Source: Phycisphaerae bacterium
GTDB taxonomy: Bacteria; Planctomycetota; Phycisphaerae; WQYP01
NCBI GenBank assembly: GCA_035548175.1
Contig: DASZTO010000053.1
Coordinates: 8,472-72,471, forward strand
Reading direction: 5' to 3'
Length of the DNA stretch: 64,000 bases
The notes below the pieces were generated by a model that was given only the letters and a program-made list of their open reading frames with translations, was not told the origin of the DNA and searched no databases. Both the position numbers and the translations under genes were made by a program. Shown here piece after piece: positions 36,877 to 46,547 of this stretch. Positions within the stretch are counted from its first letter, which is position 1. Every line of letters begins with the position of its first letter.

Positions 36877-38832
36877 ATGATTCTCACGGAACTCATGAAA
36901 TCGCGCCGCACCCGCCGTGCCGCCATCGCCCGCACCGGCGCCCCCGCGCCGGCCTCCAAAAATCCCAACGCCCCTGATGAGGAAGAGGAATACAAACCCC
37001 TCGAATGGCCCGTCGTCAAAAAAATGCTCTGCTGGATGGCCCCCTACAAAAAACAGTACGCCGTCGCCCTCACCCTCAACGTCCTCTTCACCATCCTCGA
37101 ACTCCTCGGCCCCATGTTCATCAAGCACCTCATCGACCACGACATCAACGGCGACCCCCACCCCCTCGCCCCGCTGCTCTCGCTCATCCCCGCCCTGCGC
37201 CGCCGCATCGTCCACAGCCCCGCCATGGCCGACATCGCGATGACCATCTCCCTCTGGGCCCTCGCCGTCCTCACCGCCAACCTCATCAACCGCTTCAACA
37301 TCGAGTACAACCGCCGCGTCGGCGAAAAGGTCATGCTCAACATCCGCAAGGCCATCTTCGCCCAGCTCCAGCGCCTCTCCATGTCCTACTACGACCGCAC
37401 CAAATTCGGCCGCATCCTCTCCCGCGGCACCTCCGACGTCGACGCCCTCTCCAACCCCGTCATCAACGGCATCAACACCGTCGTCATCAACGCCATGATG
37501 ATGACCGTCGCCGCCGCCATGCTCCTCATCGCCGACTGGCGCATCGGCCTCGCCACCCTCTGGCTCGGACCCGTCCTCTACATGATGAACCAGTTCTATC
37601 GCCGCCGCATCGGCACGCAGTACCGCGTGGCCCGCGAAGGGTACACCCGTGTCTCCACCAACCTCGCCGAGAACATCAACGGCATGCGCGTCGTCACCGC
37701 CTACAACCGCCAGGCCGAAAACCTCACCTCCTTCAACGTCCTCCAGGACGCCAACACCTCCAACAACGTCCGCGTCTCCATGATGAACGGCATCTATCAG
37801 CCGCTGCTTTCCATCGTCGGCTACCTCGGCAACGTCATCATCCTCATCCTTGGCTGCTACCTCGTCATCTCCTCCGCCGCCGGGGGGGGGGCAGGCAACG
37901 GCCGCTTCACCGTCGGCACCCTCGTCGCACTCACCATGTACTGGGGATGGTTCATGAACCCCGTCCTCACCTTCGGCAACTTCCAGAACGAAATGATGCA
38001 GTCCATGGCCTCCGCCGAACGCGTCTTCGCCCTCCTCGATCTCCAGCCCGAAGTCATGGACGCCCCCGACGCCGCCCCGCTCCCGCGCATCCAGGGACGC
38101 GTCCGCTTCGATCACGTCCACTTCCACTACACCCCCGAAAAGCAGGTCCTTCACGATGTCTGCTTCGAGGCCCATCCCGGCGACACCATCGCCCTCGTCG
38201 GCCACACCGGCTGCGGCAAGTCCACCATCATGAACCTCATCCAACGCTACTACTTCCCCACCGCCGGCCGCATCACCATCGACGGCTTCGACCTCACCCG
38301 CGTCACCGGCGACAGCCTCCACCGCCAAATGGGAATCGTCTCCCAGGCCAACTACCTCTTCAGCGGCACCGTGCTGGACAACATCCGCTACGCCTCGCCC
38401 GACGCCACCCTCGAACAGGTCGAAGCCGCCGCCCGCGCCCTGGGCGCCCACGACCTGCTCATGGGCCTCAAGGACGGATACGCCACGCAGGTCGGCGAAC
38501 GCGGCGCCGCCATGTCCCTCGGCCAGCGCCAGTTGATCTGCTTCACCCGCGCCTTCCTGGCCAACCCCCGCATCCTCATGCTCGACGAAGCCACCTCCGC
38601 CGTCGACACCCACACCGAGCGCGTCCTTCAGGACGCACTCGAACGTCTGGTCGCCGAACGCACCACCTTCATCGTCGCCCACCGCCTCTCGACGGTCGTC
38701 AACGCCAACCTCGTCCTGGTACTCGACCACGGCCGCATCATCGAACGCGGCACCCACGCCGAACTCCTCGCCCTCGGCGGCAAATACGCCGAACTCTACC
38801 GCCAGTTCACCCGCGAACTCGCCCCCGCCTGA
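36877..38832 (+). CDS. ABC exporter, fused permease/ATPase, subunit 2
   Basis: Walker A GHTGCGKST. Signature MSLGQRQLICFTRA (degenerate, typical of one half of a heterodimer). Walker B LMLDEATSAVD. A poly-Gly SSAAGGGAGNG segment is encoded by a G10 run at 37882-37891. Confidence 0.85.
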   Translation: MILTELMKSRRTRRAAIARTGAPAPASKNPNAPDEEEEYKPLEWPVVKKMLCWMAPYKKQYAVALTLNVLFTILELLGPMFIKHLIDHDINGDPHPLAPLLSLIPALRRRIVHSPAMADIAMTISLWALAVLTANLINRFNIEYNRRVGEKVMLNIRKAIFAQLQRLSMSYYDRTKFGRILSRGTSDVDALSNPVINGINTVVINAMMMTVAAAMLLIADWRIGLATLWLGPVLYMMNQFYRRRIGTQYRVAREGYTRVSTNLAENINGMRVVTAYNRQAENLTSFNVLQDANTSNNVRVSMMNGIYQPLLSIVGYLGNVIILILGCYLVISSAAGGGAGNGRFTVGTLVALTMYWGWFMNPVLTFGNFQNEMMQSMASAERVFALLDLQPEVMDAPDAAPLPRIQGRVRFDHVHFHYTPEKQVLHDVCFEAHPGDTIALVGHTGCGKSTIMNLIQRYYFPTAGRITIDGFDLTRVTGDSLHRQMGIVSQANYLFSGTVLDNIRYASPDATLEQVEAAARALGAHDLLMGLKDGYATQVGERGAAMSLGQRQLICFTRAFLANPRILMLDEATSAVDTHTERVLQDALERLVAERTTFIVAHRLSTVVNANLVLVLDHGRIIERGTHAELLALGGKYAELYRQFTRELAPA

Positions 38833-38901
38833 TCTGCACGCGCAGCAACTTTCCCACCGCAACCCCCACTTGCACCCGCTGAACCAATACCCCAATAACC
38901 C

Positions 38902-39528
38902 TCAGTGATCCTGCTGGCACTTGGTCAGCTTGATCTCCAGCGAGTGGTCCTGCTCCTGATATTTGGTGGTGAAATAGAGCCGCCACTTGGTGTTCTTGGT
39001 GCCCTTCTCCACGTACGCCTTCCACTCGTTGCCCCCGCCCGTCACGTGCGCTTCGTGCTTGTTGAACCGCGGCGTGAACTGGCCCTTCACGCTCGTCGGC
39101 GAGTAATTCGCCGGCTTCTTCATCTCGACGATCAGGTCGTCAAAGTCCGCCGCCAGCCCGCACTGCTTCTTGAATTTCCCCTGGTCGCCGTTGACCGTCA
39201 CCTTTTCCGGCGAGCTTGGACCCTCGGCCACCTCGACATGCTCCAGCTTGTCCTTGTAATCCTTCACCAGCTTGTTGTAGGACTCGTAAAACTCCTTGCA
39301 CGCCCCCATGCGGCTCTTGAAGTAGTTCGGGTCCTTGGCGTCGTTGCCCAACTGCTTGCAAGTCCCCACCAGGCCGCTGAGCAGTTTCAACTGCGTCTCG
39401 ACCTCCTTGCGGGTATCGGGATTGTTCTTGGAGCGGATCGCGGTGTTCAGTTCCCCCAGCATGCCGTAGATTTCGGCGAGATTTGCCTGGGTAACCACTT
39501 CGGGCATTTTGCGGTTGCCAATGGCCAT
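38902..39528 (-). CDS. Lys-rich hypothetical protein (208 aa), compositional outlier
   Basis: 23 Lys versus 5 Arg in a genome whose other proteins are Arg-dominated. No signal peptide. Four Cys. Helical N-terminal half, beta-rich C-terminal half ([33 protein letters not shown]). Divergent from xylA. Confidence 0.5.
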   Translation of the reverse strand: MAIGNRKMPEVVTQANLAEIYGMLGELNTAIRSKNNPDTRKEVETQLKLLSGLVGTCKQLGNDAKDPNYFKSRMGACKEFYESYNKLVKDYKDKLEHVEVAEGPSSPEKVTVNGDQGKFKKQCGLAADFDDLIVEMKKPANYSPTSVKGQFTPRFNKHEAHVTGGGNEWKAYVEKGTKNTKWRLYFTTKYQEQDHSLEIKLTKCQQDH

Positions 39529-39700
39529 GGCGGGCTCCTCTAATCAATCTGTGCCGGAATGCGGGCACTCTAAGCACCCCCACGCGCCGCGGCAAGAAAA
39601 AAAACGCCGGCTCCCCTGCGAGCCCCCCCGCCCCCACTCCATTTACCCCGACGCCGCCCCCTACTACCATGCCCCCTTCTGCATTAAACAGGAATCGCCC

Positions 39701-40882
39701 ATGGCTAAATCATCGCCTGCCGCGGAAAAATTCACCTTCGGCCTCTGGACCGTCGGCAACGTCGGACGAGACCCCTTCGGCGGGCCTGTCCGCGCCCCCC
39801 TCTCCCCCAACAAACTCTGCGACCTCCTCGGCTCCGTCAAAACCCCCGACGGCGGCCGCGTCTACGGCGTCAACTTCCACGACAACGACCTCCTCCCCAT
39901 CGACGCCTCCACCGCCCAGCGCGCCCGCATCCTCCGCGATTTCCACAAGGCTCTCAAAGACAACGACCTCCAGGTCCCCATGGCCACCACCAATCTCTTC
40001 GGCGATCCCATCTTCAAGGATGGCGCCTTCACCTCCGGCGACGCCCGCGTCCGCGCTTACGCCCTCCAGAAAACCATGGCCGCCATGGACCTCGGCGCCG
40101 AATTCGGCGCCAAAACCTACGTCTTCTGGGGTGGCCGCGAAGGCAGCGAAACCGACGCCGGCAAAGACCCTGTCGAAGGCCTCAAACGCTTCCGCGACGC
40201 CCTCAATTTCCTCTGCCAGTATTCCATGTCCCAAAACTACGGCTACCGCTTCGCCCTCGAAGCCAAGCCCAACGAGCCCCGCGGACACATCTACCTCGCC
40301 ACCACCGGCAACATGCTCGGCTTCATCCAAACCCTCGATTACCCCGAAATGGTCGGCGTCAATCCCGAAGTCGCCCATGAAGCCATCGCCGGCCTGAACT
40401 TCGCCCACCACGTCGCCCAGGCCCTCGACGCCGGCAAACTTTTCCACATCGACCTCAACGACCAGGTCCCCGGCCGCTACGACCAGGATTTCCGCTTCGG
40501 CGCAGCCGACATCAAGGGCGCTTTCTTCCTCGTCAAACTGCTCACCGACCACGCCTACGCGGGTCCGCTGCACTTCGACGCCCACGCCTACCGCACCGAA
40601 GATTACGAAGGCGTCAAAGATTTCGCCGCCGGCTGCATCCGCACCTATCTCCTGCTCAAGGAAAAAGCCGCACGTTTCAACGCCGACCGCGAAATCCAGG
40701 CCCTCCGCGCCCAGATCAACCTCGCCGATGAAAAGCTCGATGCCCTGGTCCACAGTTTTTCCCCGGCCTCCGTGGCGAAGCTGCGAGCCCTCAAGATCAA
40801 CCGCAAAACGCTCGGAGCCCGTGGCCTGCCTTACGAACGCCTGGACCAGCTCACCATGGAACTGCTGCTGGGCGAGCGGTAA
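39701..40882 (+). CDS. xylA: Xylose isomerase, class I (actinobacterial-type short form)
   Basis: N-terminus [19 protein letters not shown], then [15 protein letters not shown], catalytic His/Asp motifs ([15 protein letters not shown]). ~393 aa. Confidence 0.9.
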   Translation: MAKSSPAAEKFTFGLWTVGNVGRDPFGGPVRAPLSPNKLCDLLGSVKTPDGGRVYGVNFHDNDLLPIDASTAQRARILRDFHKALKDNDLQVPMATTNLFGDPIFKDGAFTSGDARVRAYALQKTMAAMDLGAEFGAKTYVFWGGREGSETDAGKDPVEGLKRFRDALNFLCQYSMSQNYGYRFALEAKPNEPRGHIYLATTGNMLGFIQTLDYPEMVGVNPEVAHEAIAGLNFAHHVAQALDAGKLFHIDLNDQVPGRYDQDFRFGAADIKGAFFLVKLLTDHAYAGPLHFDAHAYRTEDYEGVKDFAAGCIRTYLLLKEKAARFNADREIQALRAQINLADEKLDALVHSFSPASVAKLRALKINRKTLGARGLPYERLDQLTMELLLGER

Positions 40883-40934
40883 GCTCCAGCCACTACCCAC
40901 CCGCGCGCACCGCCGCGCGACCGGGACCTCTGCG

Positions 40935-41723
40935 ATGATATTGACCCACGATGTCACCTGCCGGGCCTGCGGCTACAACCTGCGCGGCTTATCGCCCGAC
41001 GGACGCTGCCCGGAGTGCGGCCAGGGCATCGAGCTGTCCCTCCTGTCGGACAATCTGCGCGTCGCGGATGGAACATGGGTCGCCGAGCTGGCGCGCGGCC
41101 TGCGGTGCCTCCGATGGGCCGTCGCCTGCGGACTGATGTTCGCGCCGCTGTTTCTCGTGGTGCTTAGCGGCGTGCGGGGCAGCGCCTGGATTTACCCCGT
41201 GGCCGGATTCCTCGTCGCCGCCGGCGCGCTGGGCGGCGTCGGATGTTTCCTCGTAACCCTGGGTGAACGGCGCGGAGCTCTCGCCAGGACCTCGCGGGGC
41301 CAGCGCGTGCGCCTGGCCGCGCGCTGGGTGCTCATGCTGGGAATCCCCGCCACCACCCTGTTCATCGCCGCGCCCGGTCCCTGGCCCGAGGGAACCGGGG
41401 TCGTGGCTTCCGGCGCGACGCTCGCCGTCGGCGGCGGTGCGCTGTTCGTCCACCTCGCGCGCCTGTCTCGCCGCGCGCGCGATCAGCGCCTGGCCACAAC
41501 CCTCTACACCCTGGCAATCCTCGCCGCGATGTGCGGAGTCCTGCTCCTGGTGCCGCAGATATTGGCCTGGGCCTTCGGACCCATGCGACCCCAGGGACTC
41601 CCCATCGCAATCGTCTGGATGGTCGGGGTGCTGCTCAGTCCCGGCATCTTCCTGCAACTCGGCCGGCTCCGCGCGGCGATGCTCGAAAATACCGCCCAGG
41701 CCAAGACGCGCCGCAGCAGATAA
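40935..41723 (+). CDS. Membrane protein with N-terminal zinc-ribbon (CxxC...CxxC) and four or five TM helices
   Basis: CRACGYNLRGLSPDGRCPECG zinc ribbon followed by hydrophobic helices. The upstream ORF-track extension overlaps xylA and is rejected. Confidence 0.55.
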   Translation: MILTHDVTCRACGYNLRGLSPDGRCPECGQGIELSLLSDNLRVADGTWVAELARGLRCLRWAVACGLMFAPLFLVVLSGVRGSAWIYPVAGFLVAAGALGGVGCFLVTLGERRGALARTSRGQRVRLAARWVLMLGIPATTLFIAAPGPWPEGTGVVASGATLAVGGGALFVHLARLSRRARDQRLATTLYTLAILAAMCGVLLLVPQILAWAFGPMRPQGLPIAIVWMVGVLLSPGIFLQLGRLRAAMLENTAQAKTRRSR

Positions 41724-42148
41724 CCGGCGCGGTACAATCACCTCCCACAAGGGGCGGACGATGAGTGAAGCCAACGACACCCTGCCGGCAGATGTCATCG
41801 CATCGGCGCGCTGCGGCGATGGTCCAATGGACATTGGCTCAACACAAATAACCCGACTGCACGCTTCTTAGGCAAGCGCCGCCCGAAAATGCCCGACCCA
41901 GCCCCGCTTTTGGGCCGTTTGCTTAAAAAATAAGCAGCCTGCTCGCCAGCTCGAAATGCCAGCGATCTCCAAATCGCCTCCTCGTGACACCACAAATGAC
42001 TATCAATAGCGAGCTTACAATCAAACCTCCAAACGCTGCTGGTCTGCCTGTTTTCAAGGTACGCGTTTTGTCTTAGCATCCCGCTACCGAAGCAGTCGCT
42101 GCTCTTGGCGGGGCAGCGCCATGTAAGAAAGGATCAGAGGGAACGAGC

Positions 42149-43633
42149 ATGCTTGGAAGATTCTCCCGAACCGCAACGCGCGCGTTGCCGGTCCTCGTCG
42201 CTGGCGCCGCGATTTTCTCCTGCGCAGGCCTTGCCTTGGCGCAATCAGCCTTCGCGCCACCAGGAGCCGCCGCGCCGCCCGCCGTCAGCTCCGCCGCCCT
42301 CGGCGCTGCTGATACCGGCGACACCGCCTGGATGCTCATCTCCACGGCCCTGGTCATGCTCATGGTCCCCGGCCTCGCCCTCTTCTACGGCGGAATGGTC
42401 CGCCGCAAAAACGTCCTGGGCACCATGATGCACTCCATGGCCGCCCTGGGCATCGTCGGCCTCGAATGGGTCATCCTCGGCTACGCCATGGCCTTCGGTC
42501 AGTTGCACGGCGGCGCCAACAAAATCATCGGCTGGGATTCCCAGCTCCTCTTCCTCCGCGGCGTCACGCCCGGAATGATCCACACCGGCACCCACATCCC
42601 GGAGCTCGTCTTCATCATGTTCCAGGGTATGTTCGCCATCATCACCCCCGCGCTCATCGCCGGCGCCTTCGCCGAGCGCGTCAAGTTCTCCGGCTACGTC
42701 CTCTTCACCCTCCTCTGGTCCATCCTCATCTACAACCCCCTCGCCCACTGGGTCTGGGGCGGCGGGTGGCTCGGCGCCGGCGCCGGCAACATCGGCGCTC
42801 TCGATTTTGCCGGCGGCACCGTCGTCCATATTTCCGCAGGCTTCTCCGCGCTCGTGACCGCCCTTTACCTCGGCAAACGCATCGGCTATCCCTCCCACGT
42901 CCTCCAGCCCAACTCCCTGGTCCTCACGCTCCTGGGCGCGGGACTCCTCTGGTTCGGATGGTTCGGCTTCAACGGCGGTTCCGCCGGCGGCAGCAACGGA
43001 CTCGCCGCCGTCGCCTTCACCGCCACCCAGGTCGCCGCCGCCGCCGGCGCCATCGGCTGGCTCGTCGCTGAATGGATCAAGCACGGCCGGCCCACCTCCC
43101 TCGGCGTCGCCTCCGGACTCGTCGCCGGTCTCGTCGCCATCACCCCCGCCTCCGGCTTTGTCTCCCCAGGCGCCGCCATCATCATCGGCCTGCTCGCCGG
43201 CGTCATCTGCTACATCGCCGTCCTCGCCAAAGCCAAACTCGGTTACGACGACTCCCTCGACGCCTTCGGCGTCCACGGCATCGGCGGGTTCCTCGGAGCG
43301 CTCCTCACCGGCATCTTCTGCTCCACCGTCTTCAATCCCGACGGCGCCAACGCCTCCTTCCACCAGTTCGGAAGCCAGATCCTCGCCGCCAGCTCCGCCG
43401 CCGCCTATGCCGCCATCGGAACCCTCCTCCTCGTGGTCCTCACCGACAAACTCGTCGGCTTCCGCGTCTCCCGCACCACCGAAATCGAAGGCCTCGACGC
43501 CGCCATCCACGGCGAACAGGGATGGATGCTCGAACAGGTTCCCGTGCCCGCCGTCGAACTCCCCGGTACCGCCGCCGTCGACAATGAAGCCGCCGCCACC
43601 GCCCGCCGACGCGATCCGGCCAAAACCCACTGA
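42149..43633 (+). CDS. amtB: Ammonium transporter (Amt family)
   Basis: Signal peptide, then DTGDTAWMLISTALVMLMVPGLALFYGGMVRRKN and an 11-TM Amt pattern, with GFVSPGAAIIIGLLAG and GVHGIGGFLGALLTGIF. Confidence 0.9.
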   Translation: MLGRFSRTATRALPVLVAGAAIFSCAGLALAQSAFAPPGAAAPPAVSSAALGAADTGDTAWMLISTALVMLMVPGLALFYGGMVRRKNVLGTMMHSMAALGIVGLEWVILGYAMAFGQLHGGANKIIGWDSQLLFLRGVTPGMIHTGTHIPELVFIMFQGMFAIITPALIAGAFAERVKFSGYVLFTLLWSILIYNPLAHWVWGGGWLGAGAGNIGALDFAGGTVVHISAGFSALVTALYLGKRIGYPSHVLQPNSLVLTLLGAGLLWFGWFGFNGGSAGGSNGLAAVAFTATQVAAAAGAIGWLVAEWIKHGRPTSLGVASGLVAGLVAITPASGFVSPGAAIIIGLLAGVICYIAVLAKAKLGYDDSLDAFGVHGIGGFLGALLTGIFCSTVFNPDGANASFHQFGSQILAASSAAAYAAIGTLLLVVLTDKLVGFRVSRTTEIEGLDAAIHGEQGWMLEQVPVPAVELPGTAAVDNEAAATARRRDPAKTH

Positions 43634-43813
43634 CCCCCTGCGGCGGACGACCTTTTTCCCCCGGGCGCCAATGCGCCTTCCCGCCACGGCGGCCGGCGAG
43701 TATGATGCCTGGCTTAACGGCAATGGACGAGGAAACCCAGGGTGGCTCCCTGGAATGGCAGCAGCGTCCGCCACGTGGGCGGATGCCGATCTCAACCCGC
43801 AGGAGTTCTGTCC

Positions 43814-44167
43814 ATGAAGTGGATTGTCGCGATCATCCAGCCCCACCGCCTCGAAGCCGTCAAGCAATGCCTCACCGAAGTCGAAGTCTTCCGCCTCACC
43901 GTCGCCGACGTTCAAGGCTACGGCCGGCAGAAAGGCCACACCGAGTATTTCCGCGGCCAGCCCATGCAGGTCAACCTCATCCGAAAGGTGCGCCTCGACA
44001 TCGGCGTCAACGACAACTTCGTCCAACCCACCATCAACGCCATCATCAAGGGCGCTCGTTCCGGAGAGGGCGGCAAGGGCCAGGTCGGCGACGGCAAAAT
44101 CTTCGTCCTCCCCCTCGAAAACACCGTCCGCATCTCCGACGGCGTCCAGGGCGGCGAAGCGATCTGA
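43814..44167 (+). CDS. glnK: Nitrogen regulatory protein P-II
   Basis: MKWIVAIIQPHRLEAVKQCL, T-loop YGRQKGHTEYFRG, GDGKIFVLPLENTVRI. Sits immediately downstream of amtB. Confidence 0.9.
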   Translation: MKWIVAIIQPHRLEAVKQCLTEVEVFRLTVADVQGYGRQKGHTEYFRGQPMQVNLIRKVRLDIGVNDNFVQPTINAIIKGARSGEGGKGQVGDGKIFVLPLENTVRISDGVQGGEAI

Positions 44168-44195
44168 AGCGCTTCACTCTCCGAACATGACGATA

Positions 44196-44226
44196 AAGCC
44201 CGTGGAGCCATTCACGGGCTTTTTTG
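44196..44226 (+). terminator. Rho-independent terminator after glnK
   Basis: aaagcccgtg gagccatt cacgggcttt + TTTTT. Confidence 0.7.
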
Positions 44227-44401
44227 TGGCATGGGCGTGCCGCCATCGCGGCTCGCAGGCCGCACCGCGCCCGAGCGCCCGGCATCCCGTGGCCACGTCG
44301 CAACATCCCGCCATGCTTCCAGCGGCGCGGCACCCGGGCTAGAATCGCGGGGCTGCGTTGGCTGCCCTCACGCCCCCCCTACCGTGGTCCTTGGAGCTCG
44401 C

Positions 44402-46537
44402 ATGGCGCGCAAGCGGAATATCCTCGTCACCTCGGCGCTCCCTTACGCCAACGGCTCGATCCACATCGGGCACCTCGTCGAGTACATCCAGACCGACATC
44501 TGGGTCCGCTTCCAGCGACTCGCCGGCAACGCCGTCACCTACGTCTGCGGCGATGACGCCCACGGCACCCCCATCATGCTCAAGGCCCGCGAGCAGGGCG
44601 TCTCCCCGGAAGACTACATCGCCAAATTCCACCAGGAGCACCAGGACGACTTCGAACGCTTCGGCGTCGCCTTCGACTTCTACGGCACCACCCACTCAGA
44701 ACTCAACCGCGAACTCTCCTACCGCATCTACGACCGCGTCAAAGCCGGCGGCTTCATCGCCGTCAACGAAATCGAACAGCTCTTCGATCCTCAAGCCAAC
44801 ATCTTCCTCCCCGACCGCTTCGTCAAAGGCACCTGCCCCCACTGCAAATCGCCCGACCAGTACGGCGATTCCTGCGAAGTCTGCGGCAAAACGTTCGACC
44901 CCTCCGAACTCATCAACCCCGTGAGCGTCGTCTCCGGCGCCGCGCCGGTGCTCAAAAAATCCCGCCACCTCTTTCTCCACCTCGAAAAATCCCGCGACAT
45001 CCTGCTGGCCCTCTACGATCAGGGGTTCGTCGACGACGCTGTCAAAAACAAGCTCCTCGATTGGTTCAAAGAACCCCTCCGCCCATGGGACATCTCCCGC
45101 GACGCACCCTTCTTCGGCTTTGCCATCCCCGGCGAAGAGGGCAAATTCTTCTACAACTGGTTCGACGCCCCCATCGGATACCTCGCCTCCCTCGGCCATT
45201 TTCTCGACGATGGCCCCGCCGAAACCGAGGAGTTCTGGAACAGCCCCGACATCGAGCGCTGGCATTTCATCGGCAAGGACATCCAGTACTTCCACGCCCT
45301 CTTCTGGCCCGTCATGCTCCATGCCGCCGGCCTCGCTACCCCCACCAAGCTCGCCATCCACGGTCACCTCACCGTCAACGGCAAAAAAATGTCCAAACGC
45401 GACGGCACCTTCATCAGGGCCTCCGTCTTCGCCAAACACCTCGACCCTCAATACCTGCGCTACTACTACGCCACCAAGCTCGGCCCCGAGCCGCAGGACC
45501 TCGACCTCTCCTTCGAAGACTTCAAGGCCCGCATCGACGGCGAACTGGTCAACAAGCTCGCCAACCTCCTCAGCCGCGGCCAACTCCTCGCCAAGCCCGA
45601 GCTCGGCAACCAGCTCGGCGTTTCCGCCGCCGACGCCATCCCCATCCTGCGCCAAATCCGCGCCGCCGCCGAGGAAATCGCCGCCGCCTACGACGCCCGC
45701 AACTTCGCCGCCGCCACCCGTCTCATCTGCGCCCTCGCCGATGTCGCCAACAAATACGTCGAAGATCAGGCCCCCTGGAAAGCCATCAAAACCGATCCCG
45801 AATCCGCACGCGGCGTGCTCACCGCCGCGCTCGAGGCCGGCCGCATCCTCACCATTTACTTGAAACCCATCCTGCCGGATTACGCCGCCAAAGTCGAACG
45901 CTTCCTCCGCATCGACGAACAGGGGTGGGCCAACGTGCAGGACGCCATGGAGCCCCACCTCATCGGCAAGTTCGAACATCTCGTGCAACGTCTGGATACA
46001 AAGAAAGTCGAGGCCATGGTGGATGAATCTCGCGACCATCAGGAACCCAAAAAACAACACCCCGAAGCCGCCGCCGGTGGACAGGTCTCCGGCGGACCCG
46101 TGCCCGCGAAGCCCGTCGCCGATCAGCCCCCAGGCGTCGGTCCCGCCACCGCCGCCGCCGGCCCCGCAGCCGGTCCCGCACACCCCGATACCGAACCCCT
46201 CGCCCCCGTCATCAACATCGATCAGTTCGCCGCCGTCGATCTCCGCGTCGCCCGCGTCCTCACCGCCGAGCCCCTCGAAAAATCCGACAAGCTCATGAAA
46301 CTCACCCTCGACGTCGGCCACCTCGGCCAGCGCACCATCCTCGCCGGCATCAAAAAAGCCTACACCCCCGACCGCCTCGCCAACCGCCTCGTCATCTTCT
46401 GCGCCAACCTCGCCCCGCGCACCATGGGAAAATTCGGCACCAGCGAAGGCATGATCTGCGCCGCCGGACCAGGCGGCGCAGACGTCTTCGTGCTCTCCCC
46501 CGACACCGGCGCCAAGCCCGGCCAACGCATCCACTGA
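44402..46537 (+). CDS. metG: Methionine--tRNA ligase with C-terminal EMAP/Trbp111-like tRNA-binding domain
   Basis: HIGH (ANGSIHIGHL), zinc knuckle CPHCKSPDQYGDSCEVCG, KMSKS, and C-terminal VDLRVARVLTAEPLEKSDKLMKLTLDVG. Confidence 0.92.
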   Translation: MARKRNILVTSALPYANGSIHIGHLVEYIQTDIWVRFQRLAGNAVTYVCGDDAHGTPIMLKAREQGVSPEDYIAKFHQEHQDDFERFGVAFDFYGTTHSELNRELSYRIYDRVKAGGFIAVNEIEQLFDPQANIFLPDRFVKGTCPHCKSPDQYGDSCEVCGKTFDPSELINPVSVVSGAAPVLKKSRHLFLHLEKSRDILLALYDQGFVDDAVKNKLLDWFKEPLRPWDISRDAPFFGFAIPGEEGKFFYNWFDAPIGYLASLGHFLDDGPAETEEFWNSPDIERWHFIGKDIQYFHALFWPVMLHAAGLATPTKLAIHGHLTVNGKKMSKRDGTFIRASVFAKHLDPQYLRYYYATKLGPEPQDLDLSFEDFKARIDGELVNKLANLLSRGQLLAKPELGNQLGVSAADAIPILRQIRAAAEEIAAAYDARNFAAATRLICALADVANKYVEDQAPWKAIKTDPESARGVLTAALEAGRILTIYLKPILPDYAAKVERFLRIDEQGWANVQDAMEPHLIGKFEHLVQRLDTKKVEAMVDESRDHQEPKKQHPEAAAGGQVSGGPVPAKPVADQPPGVGPATAAAGPAAGPAHPDTEPLAPVINIDQFAAVDLRVARVLTAEPLEKSDKLMKLTLDVGHLGQRTILAGIKKAYTPDRLANRLVIFCANLAPRTMGKFGTSEGMICAAGPGGADVFVLSPDTGAKPGQRIH

Positions 46538-46547
46538 TCGGAACCCC

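Noticed and set aside
35375-36880. 501-aa Arg-rich plus-strand ORF
   Set aside because: An alternate frame inside ABC exporter subunit 1, >25% Arg. Rejected as a frame artefact.
36805-38895. 696-aa minus-strand ORF
   Set aside because: Antisense to ABC exporter subunit 2, a G/E/D/V-rich low-complexity translation.
41900-41960. Sigma-54 (-24 GG / -12 GC) promoter upstream of amtB
   Set aside because: TGGGCCGTTTGCTTA does not place GG and GC at the required spacing.
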